The position numbers and the translations under genes are program-made. The notes beneath the pieces were generated by a model, which was not told the DNA's origin, did no database searches, and saw only the letters and a list, made by a program, of their open reading frames with translations. From Macrostomum lignano (taxonomy: Eukaryota), in assembly GCA_002269645.1 (NCBI GenBank), contig NIVC01000273.1:1-64000 (forward strand): a DNA stretch of 64,000 bases, in the 5' to 3' direction. This document shows, one piece after another, positions 22,590 through 33,600 of the stretch; the stretch's first letter is position 1, and each line of letters starts with the position of its first letter.

Positions 22590-23249
22590 TGTAGAAAAAC
22601 TAACGATTGAATTACTGCTGATTTTGAATTGAATAGAAAAAGGAAAAGACCAGGCTTGAGAGCCAGCCCTCCATGCAGCGTATATTATTTATAAAACTAA
22701 CGTAGGGGGTTGAGTCGAGAATAATAAAGGGAGGGGTGGAATAGATAAGAAACCAATTTGGGGGGGGGGCTAGTCGATCGATAAATGGTGGAAGAGAGAA
22801 AACGCTAACAATGTACAAACAGCTGAGAGAGAGGGAGAAAATTAAACAAGGCTAGGCGATAGAGTGAATTATTCCAAGGGCAAAATATTGTGAAACAGAA
22901 TTTCGCGACAAGGATAAAGGCAAAGCACAAAAGAAAAAAAATTTTTTAGCCAAGTATGCCAACGCTGAGTGACAGAACAAGTAAGGGCCAGAGCGACCCC
23001 AACCCCAACCACCTCACACCACGCACACTGCAGAGGGCAGAGCACAGACCATACTCGTATAGAATATAGACTGCGAATCTGCGAGACTCAAGCAGACCAG
23101 TGCTTGAAATTTACTTATTACGTCATTATATAGACTTTTAAAACCTCAGGGAGGCAAAATGAATATTTCCTTGCAAAAATATCCCGCAAAAAACTCAAAC
23201 AAGCATTCTTATCAATACAATCAGCTTCTAGCGTATCGAAAAAAAGAGA

Positions 23250-23365
23250 AGAGCAGCTGCTCAAACAAGTCCTCGTTGACGACTGGAGTATCCTTTCACT
23301 CCTTTCCGAAGGACGATGACCTGAAGCAAAAATGGATCTCAGCAATCCGTCGAGAAGGCTTTTGT
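23250..23365 (+). pseudogene. THAP zinc-finger fragment (probable DNA transposon relic)
   Basis: CSNKSSLTTGVSFHSFPKDDDLKQKWISAIRR matches the THAP core (FHxFP...W...RR); truncated before the second Cys/His. Confidence 0.7.
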
Positions 23366-24005
23366 GACGTTGCCAGTTTAAGGTGGTCCCGAAAAGGGCC
23401 GTTGGACTGCTGTTTCTCTATAGTTTCAACCCTTCAGTTTCACCGTTTCAACTAAACTTTTCAATTTGTTTATTGCGACGTTTACTCGTACTTGTAGTAG
23501 TGCCCAACGATTTTTTGGCAATTTCTAATTCACTGTATATTTTGCTATCCTCTTTCACGACCGTATAAAATTGGCACGATCAATAATTTCAATTTCTCTC
23601 GCCAGCCAATGAAAACTCTCCGTGTTTTACGCTACCCCCCTTTTGCGCTCTTTATTAACCCTCGCCTGGCGGGCTGGGGGGGTTTCTCTCGTCCCTGTTC
23701 TTGTGTTCGGTGTTTTCTCTCCTTAGGCTTGTCCTCCGTTCCGTCTGGCTTGCCTAGCCTTGTCTAGCCTTGTTTTCCTTCTCTCTGTCTGGCTGCCTCG
23801 AGCCTCCTTATCTCACGCCACGGCTGACGCCAACCTCGCCACAGCTCATCTGCCTGCCTACTGCGCCTCACTGCCTTCACTGTGCTCATTGCCATTGCTC
23901 CTCACGTTACGTCGCCATTGCATCATTCGTCTGCCACGACTTCACATTCAATTTATCTTCAAAAACCATTGTTGCAGCCGCCAGTGCCCAGAAAGCTATA
24001 GTTTG

Positions 24006-25577
24006 TGTATTGACAGTAATAACCAAGCCTAATATTGATACTACCAATAAAAACAACCGTGTGTATTTCTCGCACGTTAGCGTCTAACTTAGCGAGCTGT
24101 CTCTCTTTTAATCCAGCTCAACTTCAGCTCGCAGGCTTGCCCATAGATATAGTTCGTACTAAAAGGCATACATATCATTCCTCCTTTTCTTTAAAAAAAA
24201 TTGTTCAGTCAAAACAGTTCAGTTCAGTTAATTCGCAACAAAAAAATCCGGTTTCTTCAGTTTTGACCGGTCACGCAAAACACGTTGGTTCGGATGCTGT
24301 TTCACATCTTGGCCGTCCTTTGGCTTGATATCGAAGCTTGATGACGCGGCTAACTTTCGAGTTTTGTCTATGGCCCGCGAAGACTTGCCAGTCTGACCAT
24401 GATGCTCTAGATTTGGTCCCGTCGATTCAGCTTCCTCTTTTGCATCCTTTTTCAACTTGTAGCTATTCTTGGCATTGTGTGCTTGCGTTAGTTCTGTGTC
24501 GAAATCACACTGTGGCTGGGGCACAACTTCGGTTTCAGATTTGATCAGATGATCCACGTGTCGTTTCCAGATTTGTCCGTTGACTTCCACGTGGTAGGAC
24601 AGCGGCCCAGTCTGTTTCAACACTTTGGCTTGAGCCCACTTGTTTTCTTTTTCCATCCTGAAATCAAAAACTAGCACTATATCTCCAGCCTGAAACTCTC
24701 GGTGAGGAATATGTTCCCGGCGCATCATCTGCTTACTTTGCGAATCCAGGACTCTCCCGTATGTGTCTGGCTTCAGGAAGTCCAGCCTTGTCCGTCTTGC
24801 ATACGCAAGCATCATCTCGGCAGGTGACTTGCCCGTTGTGCTATGAGGCGTGCTTCTATAGCGGAATAGGAAATTGTGCAGGCTCAGCATGGCATCACCG
24901 TGGCTCTTCATGCCTGCTCTGATCGCATTCTTGGCTGTTTGAACCATTCGCTCACTGAGCCCGTTGGTTCTTGGATGTCCTACAGCACTGAAGATGTGAT
25001 GGATGTTATTTCGCTTGGTGAATTCAGCAAACTCCTGTGATGCAAACTGGCTTCCATTGTCGGTCAGTATCTGTCGAGGTATTCCAAACCGAGCAAATGT
25101 CTCTCGAAAGCGTTGAATGGTGTTCGCGGCACTGGCAACTTTCATTGGAAAAACCTCTACCCATTTTGATGTGGCATCTACGATTACCAACCAATTGAAT
25201 CCGAAACACGGTCCGAAAAAATCTGCCTGAAGTCTCGTCCATGGCTTTTCTGGCCAACTCAACGGGTGAACAGCAGATTCTGGTGGTTTGCTTCGCTGCA
25301 GTTCGCATCCCTTGCATTGTTTCACAGCTCTTTCAATCTGTTGGTCGATTCCCGGAAACCAAACGTGCAGGCGAGCGATCGATTTCATCGATACAATCCC
25401 AGGGTGTCCTTCGTGCAGCAGGTCCAAAACTTGGTGTTGGAGGCTAGATGGAATGATGGCGCGTATACCCCAGAAGATGACTCCCTGCTCAAGACAGAGT
25501 TCGTTTCCTTTCTGACGGTATATCTCAAGCTCAAATTCACATTTCTCCGGCCAACCGTTCTGGCAGAACCTGATTAC
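24006..25577 (-). mobile_element. 5'-truncated Gypsy/Ty3 LTR retrotransposon (integrase, PPT, short 3' LTR)
   Basis: PPT AAAGAAAAGGAGGAA followed by TGATATG... (LTR ~24177-24006 ending ...CAATACA); pol is truncated at 25577 exactly where the B' duplication begins. Confidence 0.8.
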
Positions 25578-25607
25578 CTGCGGGGACAGACAGCATCGGC
25601 AGAGCAT
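24228..25607 (-). CDS. Gypsy (Mag/K02A2.6-like) integrase ORF, 459 aa; the first 10 codons come from the duplicated segment
   Basis: HHCC finger LHEGHPG...CKGC; catalytic ADFFGP, TDNGSQF, NGLSER; no internal stops. Confidence 0.88.
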   Translation of the reverse strand: MLCRCCLSPQVIRFCQNGWPEKCEFELEIYRQKGNELCLEQGVIFWGIRAIIPSSLQHQVLDLLHEGHPGIVSMKSIARLHVWFPGIDQQIERAVKQCKGCELQRSKPPESAVHPLSWPEKPWTRLQADFFGPCFGFNWLVIVDATSKWVEVFPMKVASAANTIQRFRETFARFGIPRQILTDNGSQFASQEFAEFTKRNNIHHIFSAVGHPRTNGLSERMVQTAKNAIRAGMKSHGDAMLSLHNFLFRYRSTPHSTTGKSPAEMMLAYARRTRLDFLKPDTYGRVLDSQSKQMMRREHIPHREFQAGDIVLVFDFRMEKENKWAQAKVLKQTGPLSYHVEVNGQIWKRHVDHLIKSETEVVPQPQCDFDTELTQAHNAKNSYKLKKDAKEEAESTGPNLEHHGQTGKSSRAIDKTRKLAASSSFDIKPKDGQDVKQHPNQRVLRDRSKLKKPDFFVAN

Positions 25608-25699
25608 TCAGTTCGGCAGCTTTATAATTTTTGATAGCTTGTGCAGGACAGGAGGTGTCGTCTGTGCAGTGTTGGGCAACTTCAATTGGTGCTTTGGCC

Positions 25700-28192
25700 T
25701 CACTTAGTGGTTGCTTTTTGAAGCTCCTCAGTCTCGGCCTCGAATATCAGTCGTGTCTCCTCAGCGAACTCCGCAGCCATGTGCGCAACGCTTCCAGCAC
25801 AATTTGGGTCGCAGTTCCAGGCCTCCAATAACTCTGGAATCAAAGTCTTCATGGGCTTCTGTCCGCTCGAGTGCTCCGCTTTGTTTCTCAACTCCTGCCA
25901 GATCACAAGCCAAGCAAATGGCTGCTGGAACTGAAACGCTTTTGATTCTCGAGTGCTCAGCAAATCAACGAGCGCATTTACTCTCTGATTCGCTTCGTCA
26001 GTGGCGGATGCCTTCAACTTGAGCAAATTTGAAAGTTTCTTATTAATCTCCGTTCTTCGATTTTCGTGGCTTTGTTTCTGTAATCCGCAAATCAACTTTT
26101 TGCTCTCATCCTTTTTTACAGTCATATACCGGAAGCCGTATGGGAAATAATCAAGCTTCTTTTCCATTTCGGAGCCATCCAGTTTTGCAGTTAATCCATC
26201 CATTGCACTTTTTGCGAGTTTCAGGGTTTCCATGATGGCATTATAATACTCGCTTTCAGTCTGTTTCCCGTCCTGCTCTAGTCGCTCCAGAGCCAGTCTC
26301 GATTTCCGCAGATCCGTCTGGACCAGAGGCGACGTTTTTGAGTAGTTTTCATAGTTCTTCTCTGACGCGATGCTGATCAGAGCGAGCAGCTCGTACGAGT
26401 CCTTGCTGAACAGCCACGGCACGATCTGCATCTCACTCTCGGGGTCTTCAGGACAGTACTTCTGCTTGATGGCTTCTAGAGGGAACCGCCGCTGATGATC
26501 CAGTCGATTGTCCAGCAAGTGTTGAGCGGGCTGGCACGCCTCCGGGTTTCCAAGTCGGAGAGCCTCGATAATCAAGTCTCTCTTTTCAGCCCCATCTCTC
26601 GATTCGGCTCTTTTGAGCAAAGCGGACGACAGCAGAGAGTTTCTGCGAGGATTTTCAGACTGAAGTTTTCGGAAATTTTCTTCTGCAGCTTTGAAGTCTT
26701 GAAGGCGAAGGTATAACAGACCAAGATGCTCGTACACCAGCTGGTGATCCGAGTTTTCACTATTCAATGCTTCGGTATAGAGCTGAACAATTCTCTGTGG
26801 TTCATCTGACTGCAAGTCAAGGTCCAGCATATGCTGCTGAAACCAAGCCTCGAATTCGCATCTGTCAGTCTTCTGGCTCAGATTTTTTAGCGTCTCATCT
26901 TTTTTCGATTTATGGATATGAAGTCGAACCTCAGGATAGACCTGCACCGCTTTGACCATTTCTTCAAAACCATCAGCAACGCTCTCTGTTTCAGAAAAGG
27001 TCATCATAAAGGCTCCCTTCGAGTATAGACAAACGGCTTCGTACCTGGGATAATCCTGATGATATCTTTCAGCGAGAGTGTCATACTCATTCAAAATATC
27101 GACGGCCGAAAACTTGTCGCTTCTTTTTTGTTTGAAGTTTTGATAATAAATATCAACCCAAATGTGTCCAGGCTCATAGGACAACTCTTGGGCTTTTATC
27201 AGCAGCTCTTCGCACCTTTCATCTTCTTTTTTCTCTTCAGCCAACATCGCTAATCTGAAAAGCAGATCAGAATTTTTAGTACCCTTCTCTAGGCGTTGCA
27301 ATATTTCCTGGAGTTCCTGCGTTTCTGGATGCTTGCGAATCTGAAAGATTTTTTCACACCTGAAGACAATTCGGTAATGTTCATCCAATACCTGAGTACT
27401 TATGTTTCTCAATGCTTGGTACGTGGCATTCGCGAGTTCCAGGCACTTGTCTTCTAAGCTCCGGTTGTTCAAAATAGCCTCCGCATAGTTTATTAAAAAC
27501 TGATAGAAGTACATTTTTGTTCCTTCATTCTTATACTGCCACCGGTGTTCATTTGCCAGATCATATGCACGATTCCACAGGAACAACTCCTCTGCATCAG
27601 CAGGCGTTCTGTTGTTGTGATGGCGACGCATCCGCGCACGAATATACGCCAGCAGGTAGATGCACATGAAGTTATCCGGTCGCAAGCTCAGACTTGCTTT
27701 CACAGCTTTCTCTGCTTCATCGTACTTTTTTATACCTTGGTGAAAAAAGTCCAGAGCTTTAACGTGAAAAACGTTGGCTCTGATCTCGATGCGCTTGGCC
27801 TCATCTTGAGTGTTCCAGATCTTGTTGAGGGCCTTGACGCGTTCAGTGAAGTTGAGTTGGTTCCGGCTCTGCTTAGCATCCAGGTTTAACTCAATGGCTT
27901 GCAAGACGAATTCGCATCTGACATGACCTTCATCTGCGTCTTTGCCATAGTCTACTGCGCTCTTCAAGTATTCCCTTGACTTTCTGAAGTCGATATGCTT
28001 ACGCCGATCGAATCTGGTTCCGTGATAAGCAGCCAGGAGGCCTTGATAAGCCGATGAGAGCATTGGCTCAAGTTTCAGTCGGTCCAAAATTGTGTCGATC
28101 ACATCCTCTATATTTTTGTCGGAGCCATCGTATGCGCACCATTTGAATGGGTTTTCGGCGTCTTTCAGTTCGAGTGGTTCCTTTGTGATTTC
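25700..28192 (-). CDS. Copy B': intact IFIT-like TPR-HEPN giant exon (830 aa)
   Basis: Acceptor AG|GAA ATC ACA at 28192; open to the TGA at 25700-25702; RNKAEH at 25871-25888. Confidence 0.82.
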   Translation of the reverse strand, partial: EITKEPLELKDAENPFKWCAYDGSDKNIEDVIDTILDRLKLEPMLSSAYQGLLAAYHGTRFDRRKHIDFRKSREYLKSAVDYGKDADEGHVRCEFVLQAIELNLDAKQSRNQLNFTERVKALNKIWNTQDEAKRIEIRANVFHVKALDFFHQGIKKYDEAEKAVKASLSLRPDNFMCIYLLAYIRARMRRHHNNRTPADAEELFLWNRAYDLANEHRWQYKNEGTKMYFYQFLINYAEAILNNRSLEDKCLELANATYQALRNISTQVLDEHYRIVFRCEKIFQIRKHPETQELQEILQRLEKGTKNSDLLFRLAMLAEEKKEDERCEELLIKAQELSYEPGHIWVDIYYQNFKQKRSDKFSAVDILNEYDTLAERYHQDYPRYEAVCLYSKGAFMMTFSETESVADGFEEMVKAVQVYPEVRLHIHKSKKDETLKNLSQKTDRCEFEAWFQQHMLDLDLQSDEPQRIVQLYTEALNSENSDHQLVYEHLGLLYLRLQDFKAAEENFRKLQSENPRRNSLLSSALLKRAESRDGAEKRDLIIEALRLGNPEACQPAQHLLDNRLDHQRRFPLEAIKQKYCPEDPESEMQIVPWLFSKDSYELLALISIASEKNYENYSKTSPLVQTDLRKSRLALERLEQDGKQTESEYYNAIMETLKLAKSAMDGLTAKLDGSEMEKKLDYFPYGFRYMTVKKDESKKLICGLQKQSHENRRTEINKKLSNLLKLKASATDEANQRVNALVDLLSTRESKAFQFQQPFAWLVIWQELRNKAEHSSGQKPMKTLIPELLEAWNCDPNCAGSVAHMAAEFAEETRLIFEAETEELQKATTK

Positions 28193-28803
28193 CTGAAATC
28201 AATTATTGGACAGTCAGTTAAGGTTTTGATTAATTATCCTTTTGAGAAATTCTCTTTAAGTAGAGTATGCTGTCTAATAGTAGGAGAAAGACGAATCGCT
28301 CCGGCCCTTTTAGCGTGACTTTAACAATATACATAGCAATAGTAATATGCTATAGTCTTCTCAATTGTCATATCAATGCATTAACGAGCTACTACTCAGC
28401 ATTATTCCCCTCAGTGCCACTCTGCATCATTCTCCTACTGTATTAACCTTCAGACTTTGCAAGTATCGAATGAGATAAGCGATAAGGATTCAAAGAACCA
28501 CAGCAGCATCTCAGCTGACAGCAGCTGCAAGTTGCATTAACATGTACTCGTATTTTGTAAGCTTGGTCAGTTCGTACTATTAGTATGAGGCTATATTAGA
28601 GCATTTATATCTTAATACGAGCTATCTAGCGCATATCACTAGTCTGGTGTAGGGTAAAACCGAGGCTTGCTTGACTTAGCCTGCAGAATAGGTTTGATGC
28701 AATCAAAAGGCTAAACGGTGTCCTTTTAGACTCGCTTTACTTAGGCAGCTACCCACCTCCAACCCTAATTACAATTGGGTAGTACAGCCATGAGGAAACT
28801 TAC

Positions 28804-30697
28804 AAGAAGATGCGCGCTCGGCTTCACAATATCTTCAAGGCAGACTGGTCGACCACCGACATCACGGGTCTTTTTTTCAGATTTTTTTTCTGAAAATTTA
28901 GCAGCAAGCCGCCCAGAGCATCCATATTTGTGGGAGAGCCTTAGCCCATTGTGATTGATGAGTTGGATAACACATGAAGCACTGTCCTCTGTTGTAAATT
29001 TCACAATGCCTGTTGAATAATATGGGTTAGCACGAAAAATCCTGAATGACAAGATCGTATCCTCGCAACAATTGCATTCGTATAGTAGAAACTGTCTAAT
29101 CCACTCTATCGTGCAGTTGACAGGCAAATTCCATACGAACATCTCTTTGCCGTCCTTTTCTGCCTCCTGTATTTTGTACACGGTGGGTGCTCGGCATTGC
29201 ATTTGAAATGCTGCGCTATCAGAAAGTTATGTCTAAAAAATATCGAAGACTCACCCGAGCGAATTCGACCTTCAATTTTTCCTGGCTGGCATGTTTCGTG
29301 TCTTGCAGCTGCTGAATATTTCTTACTGCCATCTTTGCCCGCTCTGTGTTTCGAAGTTCAGCGAAGCCGATCCCTAAATGTGAGTGAAAGTTCTCGTTCA
29401 CTTTTCTTGCTCTTCGACTACAGTTTCTTTGTTCTGAAGCCTTAATTTTTTTGGTTTGAAAGTGAGTACTAGTAGTTCACTATCATACGAGTATTATTTA
29501 TCATGATCTATTATAGTAGTTAGGTAGGTACTCACAATTAAATATTTTAAATTTGCATCGCTAATTTAGGGGTTGTAGACTAGTGGTCGACTGAAAGGTC
29601 GGGGCTTCGATTTTCTACTCACTTGGAACAATTTGTGTCCTTGAGCAAGACACTTGACTATGCATTGTTTCAGTTCACCCAGCTGTAAAATGGGTGCCAG
29701 CATTAGCTGGGGTAATTGAGGGTGCGTGGCGAGGTATCCAGTCAATCCGGCGACAGGACGATCCGGCGACAGCCAAAACAGCGACAGTCAATCCGGTGAC
29801 AATTCGTAGTAAAACCCTATTACATGTAAACCGGCTATTGTTACTTAAACAGATTAGAGAGAGCTCTGATTTTTATAATTATTACAATTGCTATTATTGT
29901 TATTAGTTATTATTATTTGATTTTTAATAGAATGTATGCAGGAATAGCTCCGATAATTGGAATTTAGCGGGTTCAAAATGCGCGGATTTCTGTCAACTAT
30001 TAACATATTGTTTTCTTATAATGATGATACATGTACATTTACATGTATTGCTTTAAAAATGGGAAACTGCATTAAATCATTTATTTTCACTAGGCCGCAC
30101 ACTAGTTTTTCATCTGCAGTTTGATGTGACACGGCCTAAACTGTCAGAAGTACGGACATAATGTACCATTTTTATTAGAAAATATACTGGTCGTCTAAAG
30201 TGAATTATTTACATGTAAAATTAAAATAGAGTTCATGTAAAGTTTTATTTGTATCTAAAATCCGTAAAATCTACTATACAAAATCTGTCGCCGATTTGAC
30301 TGTCGTCGGATCGTCTGGAAGCCCGTGGCGACCCCCCCCCCCTCAGTCCTTGGACTGAAAAACTGCTCAATAGCTGCGGCTATAAATTATACGAGTATAT
30401 ACGTCGCATATTATTACAATCGCAAACTAATGCACTTGGCATACTTTGCATGATAAAACAGACTACATAAGAAATTGAAATCGCACCTTTACACTGGCCA
30501 GATTGCGAATCCAAGATGGCTTGAGCAAACACTATGGAGTGATCAGGAACTCCGGCTTCGTGCGCAATGAGCTGCCGAATTTTCAGATCTGTTGTGCCGG
30601 GAGACAAACCCCGGATGAAGATTCGGGTGCTGGACATGCGACTGTTGCTGTTGGAGTCACTGGCGGGCGCACTGGCGGCGGACGATGAAGCTTGCAT
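28804..30697 (-). CDS. Copy B': tandem RRM unit, exons 30697-30487, 29373-29255, 29166-28804
   Basis: Same exons as copy B at offset 13978/13979. Confidence 0.8.
29568..30364 (+). mobile_element. CORE-SINE with nested MITE (29733-30323), duplicate of 15590-16385
   Basis: Same TSD CGTGGCGA and TIRs as in copy B. Confidence 0.7.
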
Positions 30698-33600
30698 CCT
30701 GAAGCTGTGTTGAGGAACACCTTAACTCTTGGAAGGATGTAGAGTAGAGCGAGCTTGTGTGCTTTGGGTTTGGGGTTAGCTCTACTCATAAGGCCCAGTC
30801 AAGGAGTTCTTAATTTAGCAAGTTTCAAATGGACACTCACGGGGGGGAAGAAACCGATAACAAATATGGCCGCTTGAAAAAGGCTCCTTTGCTTCCCATC
30901 CCTCAGTTCCGCCTTCCCTGCCGAGGCCCGCCTCCATCTCTGGGCCTGCCCAACTCTCCAAAATGTACAGGGGAAACCTAGACCCTAAGAGTTAAATGGG
31001 CTAGTTAGTACGAATTGAGGAACGGAGGAACCGAAAGCAAGCTGGTGTACGTCTCTGGTGTACAACCCCCGTGACCACAGCACTGGCCGTATTTATTGGG
31101 AAAGGGTTTCATTGGGGATTCACTATACTATAGGCCCATAGTGCATCAATGTAAACTCACTTGACTTATCACTGAACTTCTTGGCCAGGGAATACTTTAA
31201 ATATGTATGTAACTCTCCCCACTGCGGTCGGGGCAACCCTGCAACCCACGCCGAGTCACTCCCAAGAGCCAGCCAATTCCTTACTTAGCCCCAGGCCGAG
31301 AATTTATCCATATCCAAGTTTTGAAGCTTTAAAGGCGTCGTTTTACAAGGTCGAAATTTCATAAGGAGGAAAACTACTTCATCGTTCTTGTCAAATACAT
31401 TTTCGTACTGTCCTTGTGAAATTTGACCTTATGAAGTCCCTTTGCTAGAGTTTTCGATGTTGTGAAATTTCGACCTTATGAAGGAATGTGCTTTCGACGT
31501 TGTGAAACTTCGAGTTTGTGAAACCCCTCCAATTCAAATACTAGTGGACCCAAAATCAGGCAACAAAATTTACAATTAAAATAGCTAATTTGACAGAAAT
31601 ATATCGCATCCCACATACCGTAAAGATACTCTGTGATGGAGACGAATAGAAGTAAATTGCATGCAACACAGTAAATAAAAGGCTTCAAGATACTTCGAGG
31701 AGTTATTTAAACAGGATTTAATGAAATTATTTAAAATTTTATTTTCATTTACCTATAAGGTTTTAACGTAAGCTTGAAGGATTCAAATTGGCTGGCTTGC
31801 GAACACTTGCAGTCGTTTTATTTCGATCTGAGATGTGGACTTGCGCTTGCCAACGAGCAATGGCCGATTAGTCGTAATTAGCAAAGTGGCGTTCTTCTAA
31901 TAAATGAGTTCTAAGTTCCAATAGAAGATAAGGGAAAGAAAGAAGACATGAGCGTGCATGAATAACGGCCGAGAGAGCAGACACATGTGTACAGATTTTA
32001 CATTATACGACGACTTTTTAGGCCAGCGATATTTACCTTTCTATTCATTTTATGGCAACGCATGCTCTTCGCACTGTCACTGTCCTTTCTGTGCCTAATC
32101 TTTTCTGAAGAGTGAACACTAGACATTTTCATAAGTATTCTGGTCAAACCGAGTTTTACTCAGTTGGTCCCATAGATCTTATATTCCTATCATAGATCTG
32201 TTAAAAGGTAAAGGTGTACGAGACGTCGTATGGTTTTGGTTGGTCCTCAGTTTAAAGTCGAATTGAATTCTCCGTAGCTCTGTCAAAAAATCTTTTGACT
32301 CCGTATTTTGTTACCACTTGTGTTGGCGGTAAGGCGTTAAAACTGTGGGATGAGCTGGCTTGGGGTTGGTGTATTAGGAGGCGGGCTTCGGTGTTATGAA
32401 TTTTATGAAGTGTCGGTCTTGTGAAGGATCATGCAGTAGTTTTCGACGCTGTTAAATTTCGGTCTTGTGAAGGCAGGTGTCTTTCGGAGTTATAAACTTT
32501 GGTCTTATGAAATTGACCCTTTATTCCTGTCTCATTTTGTGACCCTAAGATGTCTTGTCTTCTCAGATTTTTTCTTTCGCTTTTCTTTATCTGACTGATA
32601 ATTGTTTCGCAACCATAAATTCGCTTGCAAGTGGCACTGAAAGCTAGCTTGTTTATTGTTCTTACGTGTATATTCTATAAGGACTGATTCAAGTGCCTGT
32701 GGGTTAACGCTCCACCAAGCTCAGTGAGCAAAAAATACGAGCGTAATTTCTTCCCGTGAATACAATGTGCCAGACCTGCTGAGTGAGTACCGCGATGAAA
32801 AAGCTGCTGTGCCAATATCAGACGGCTTAGACGATGCTACAGGTGGGAAACTCTGGTGCTCGACCTCGACGGGGTGCTGCTCTTCCCACCAATGATGACG
32901 GCTTTCGGTTGTCGGAGAGTCGGCTTAGCATGGTTGGCTGCGTCGAAAAGCTCTGCGCAGAAGACCTCTGTGCTCTGCGTTGCAGACGACATCAAAACTG
33001 ATATCATCTGCCGAGGCGCTGAGTTCAGCAGTTCTTCTACCTTGGCTGCCTGTTTCAGGGCCGTCGGTGGAAATCTGCGGCGTCGCCGCGGGCTTGCCTG
33101 GGCTCGCTTTCTTAAAGCGACGCCAATCCTGCAGTTCGAGACAGAGAGCGACGTTTGGTCAGGCGGTGGTCGAGGCCATGCTGTTTTAAACGTCGAAACC
33201 TGGACGCTGACGGGCTCGTTCGAACAGCATCTTGAAGGCACACGCACCGCCTATAGTATGCTCCTGTTATACTAGAACGTGCATACGAATAGCATTAGCA
33301 GTAGAACTACAATCCCCCTAACAATTGTTTTTGCTGCGCCGGAACGGAGCAACGTCGGCACACAAAATTCAAGAACACGGAGTAACTTCTTGTTCCGCAC
33401 TTTCTCAAACAAGAATAAATACTCGATACAGATATTCGACGATTCTGCCAAAAGGTCGGATTTTTTCATAAGTGCCAGTGTATTCAGTACACCCCTGCGT
33501 GCGCAAATCAGCACTGCGCCTCAGTGCAGCCTTGCCAAGCCTCCAAAATTCGTTTGCACATCGATCACATGTGTCTGCATCAGCTCTGACTTCGTTGATC

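Larger units (their letters stand above)
17143..22910 (-). mobile_element. BEL/Pao LTR retrotransposon, degenerate and internally deleted
   Basis: TG...CA LTRs at 22590-22910 (5') and 17143-17465 (3'), about 98% identical; TSD AGAAT/AGGAT; PBS TGGCGCCCGAACAGGGAC next to the 5' LTR; PPT GGGGGAG next to the 3' LTR. Confidence 0.93.
25578..30722 (-). repeat. Second copy of the 5.1-kb duplication (B')
   Basis: Starts CTGCGGGGACAGACAGC, as at 11601; identity ends at ~30722/16743. Confidence 0.97.

Noticed and set aside
31330-32525. GAAATTTCGACCTTATGAAGG motif clusters at 31330-31520 and 32385-32525 as a defined element
   Set aside because: Probably MITE subterminal remnants, but no TIR/TSD pair could be fixed.
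32830-33280. HAD-like TLVLDLDGVL motif in ORF 32856-33275
   Set aside because: No further HAD motifs are recognisable and no clear gene structure could be built; it could equally be a degraded LRR/F-box-type fragment.
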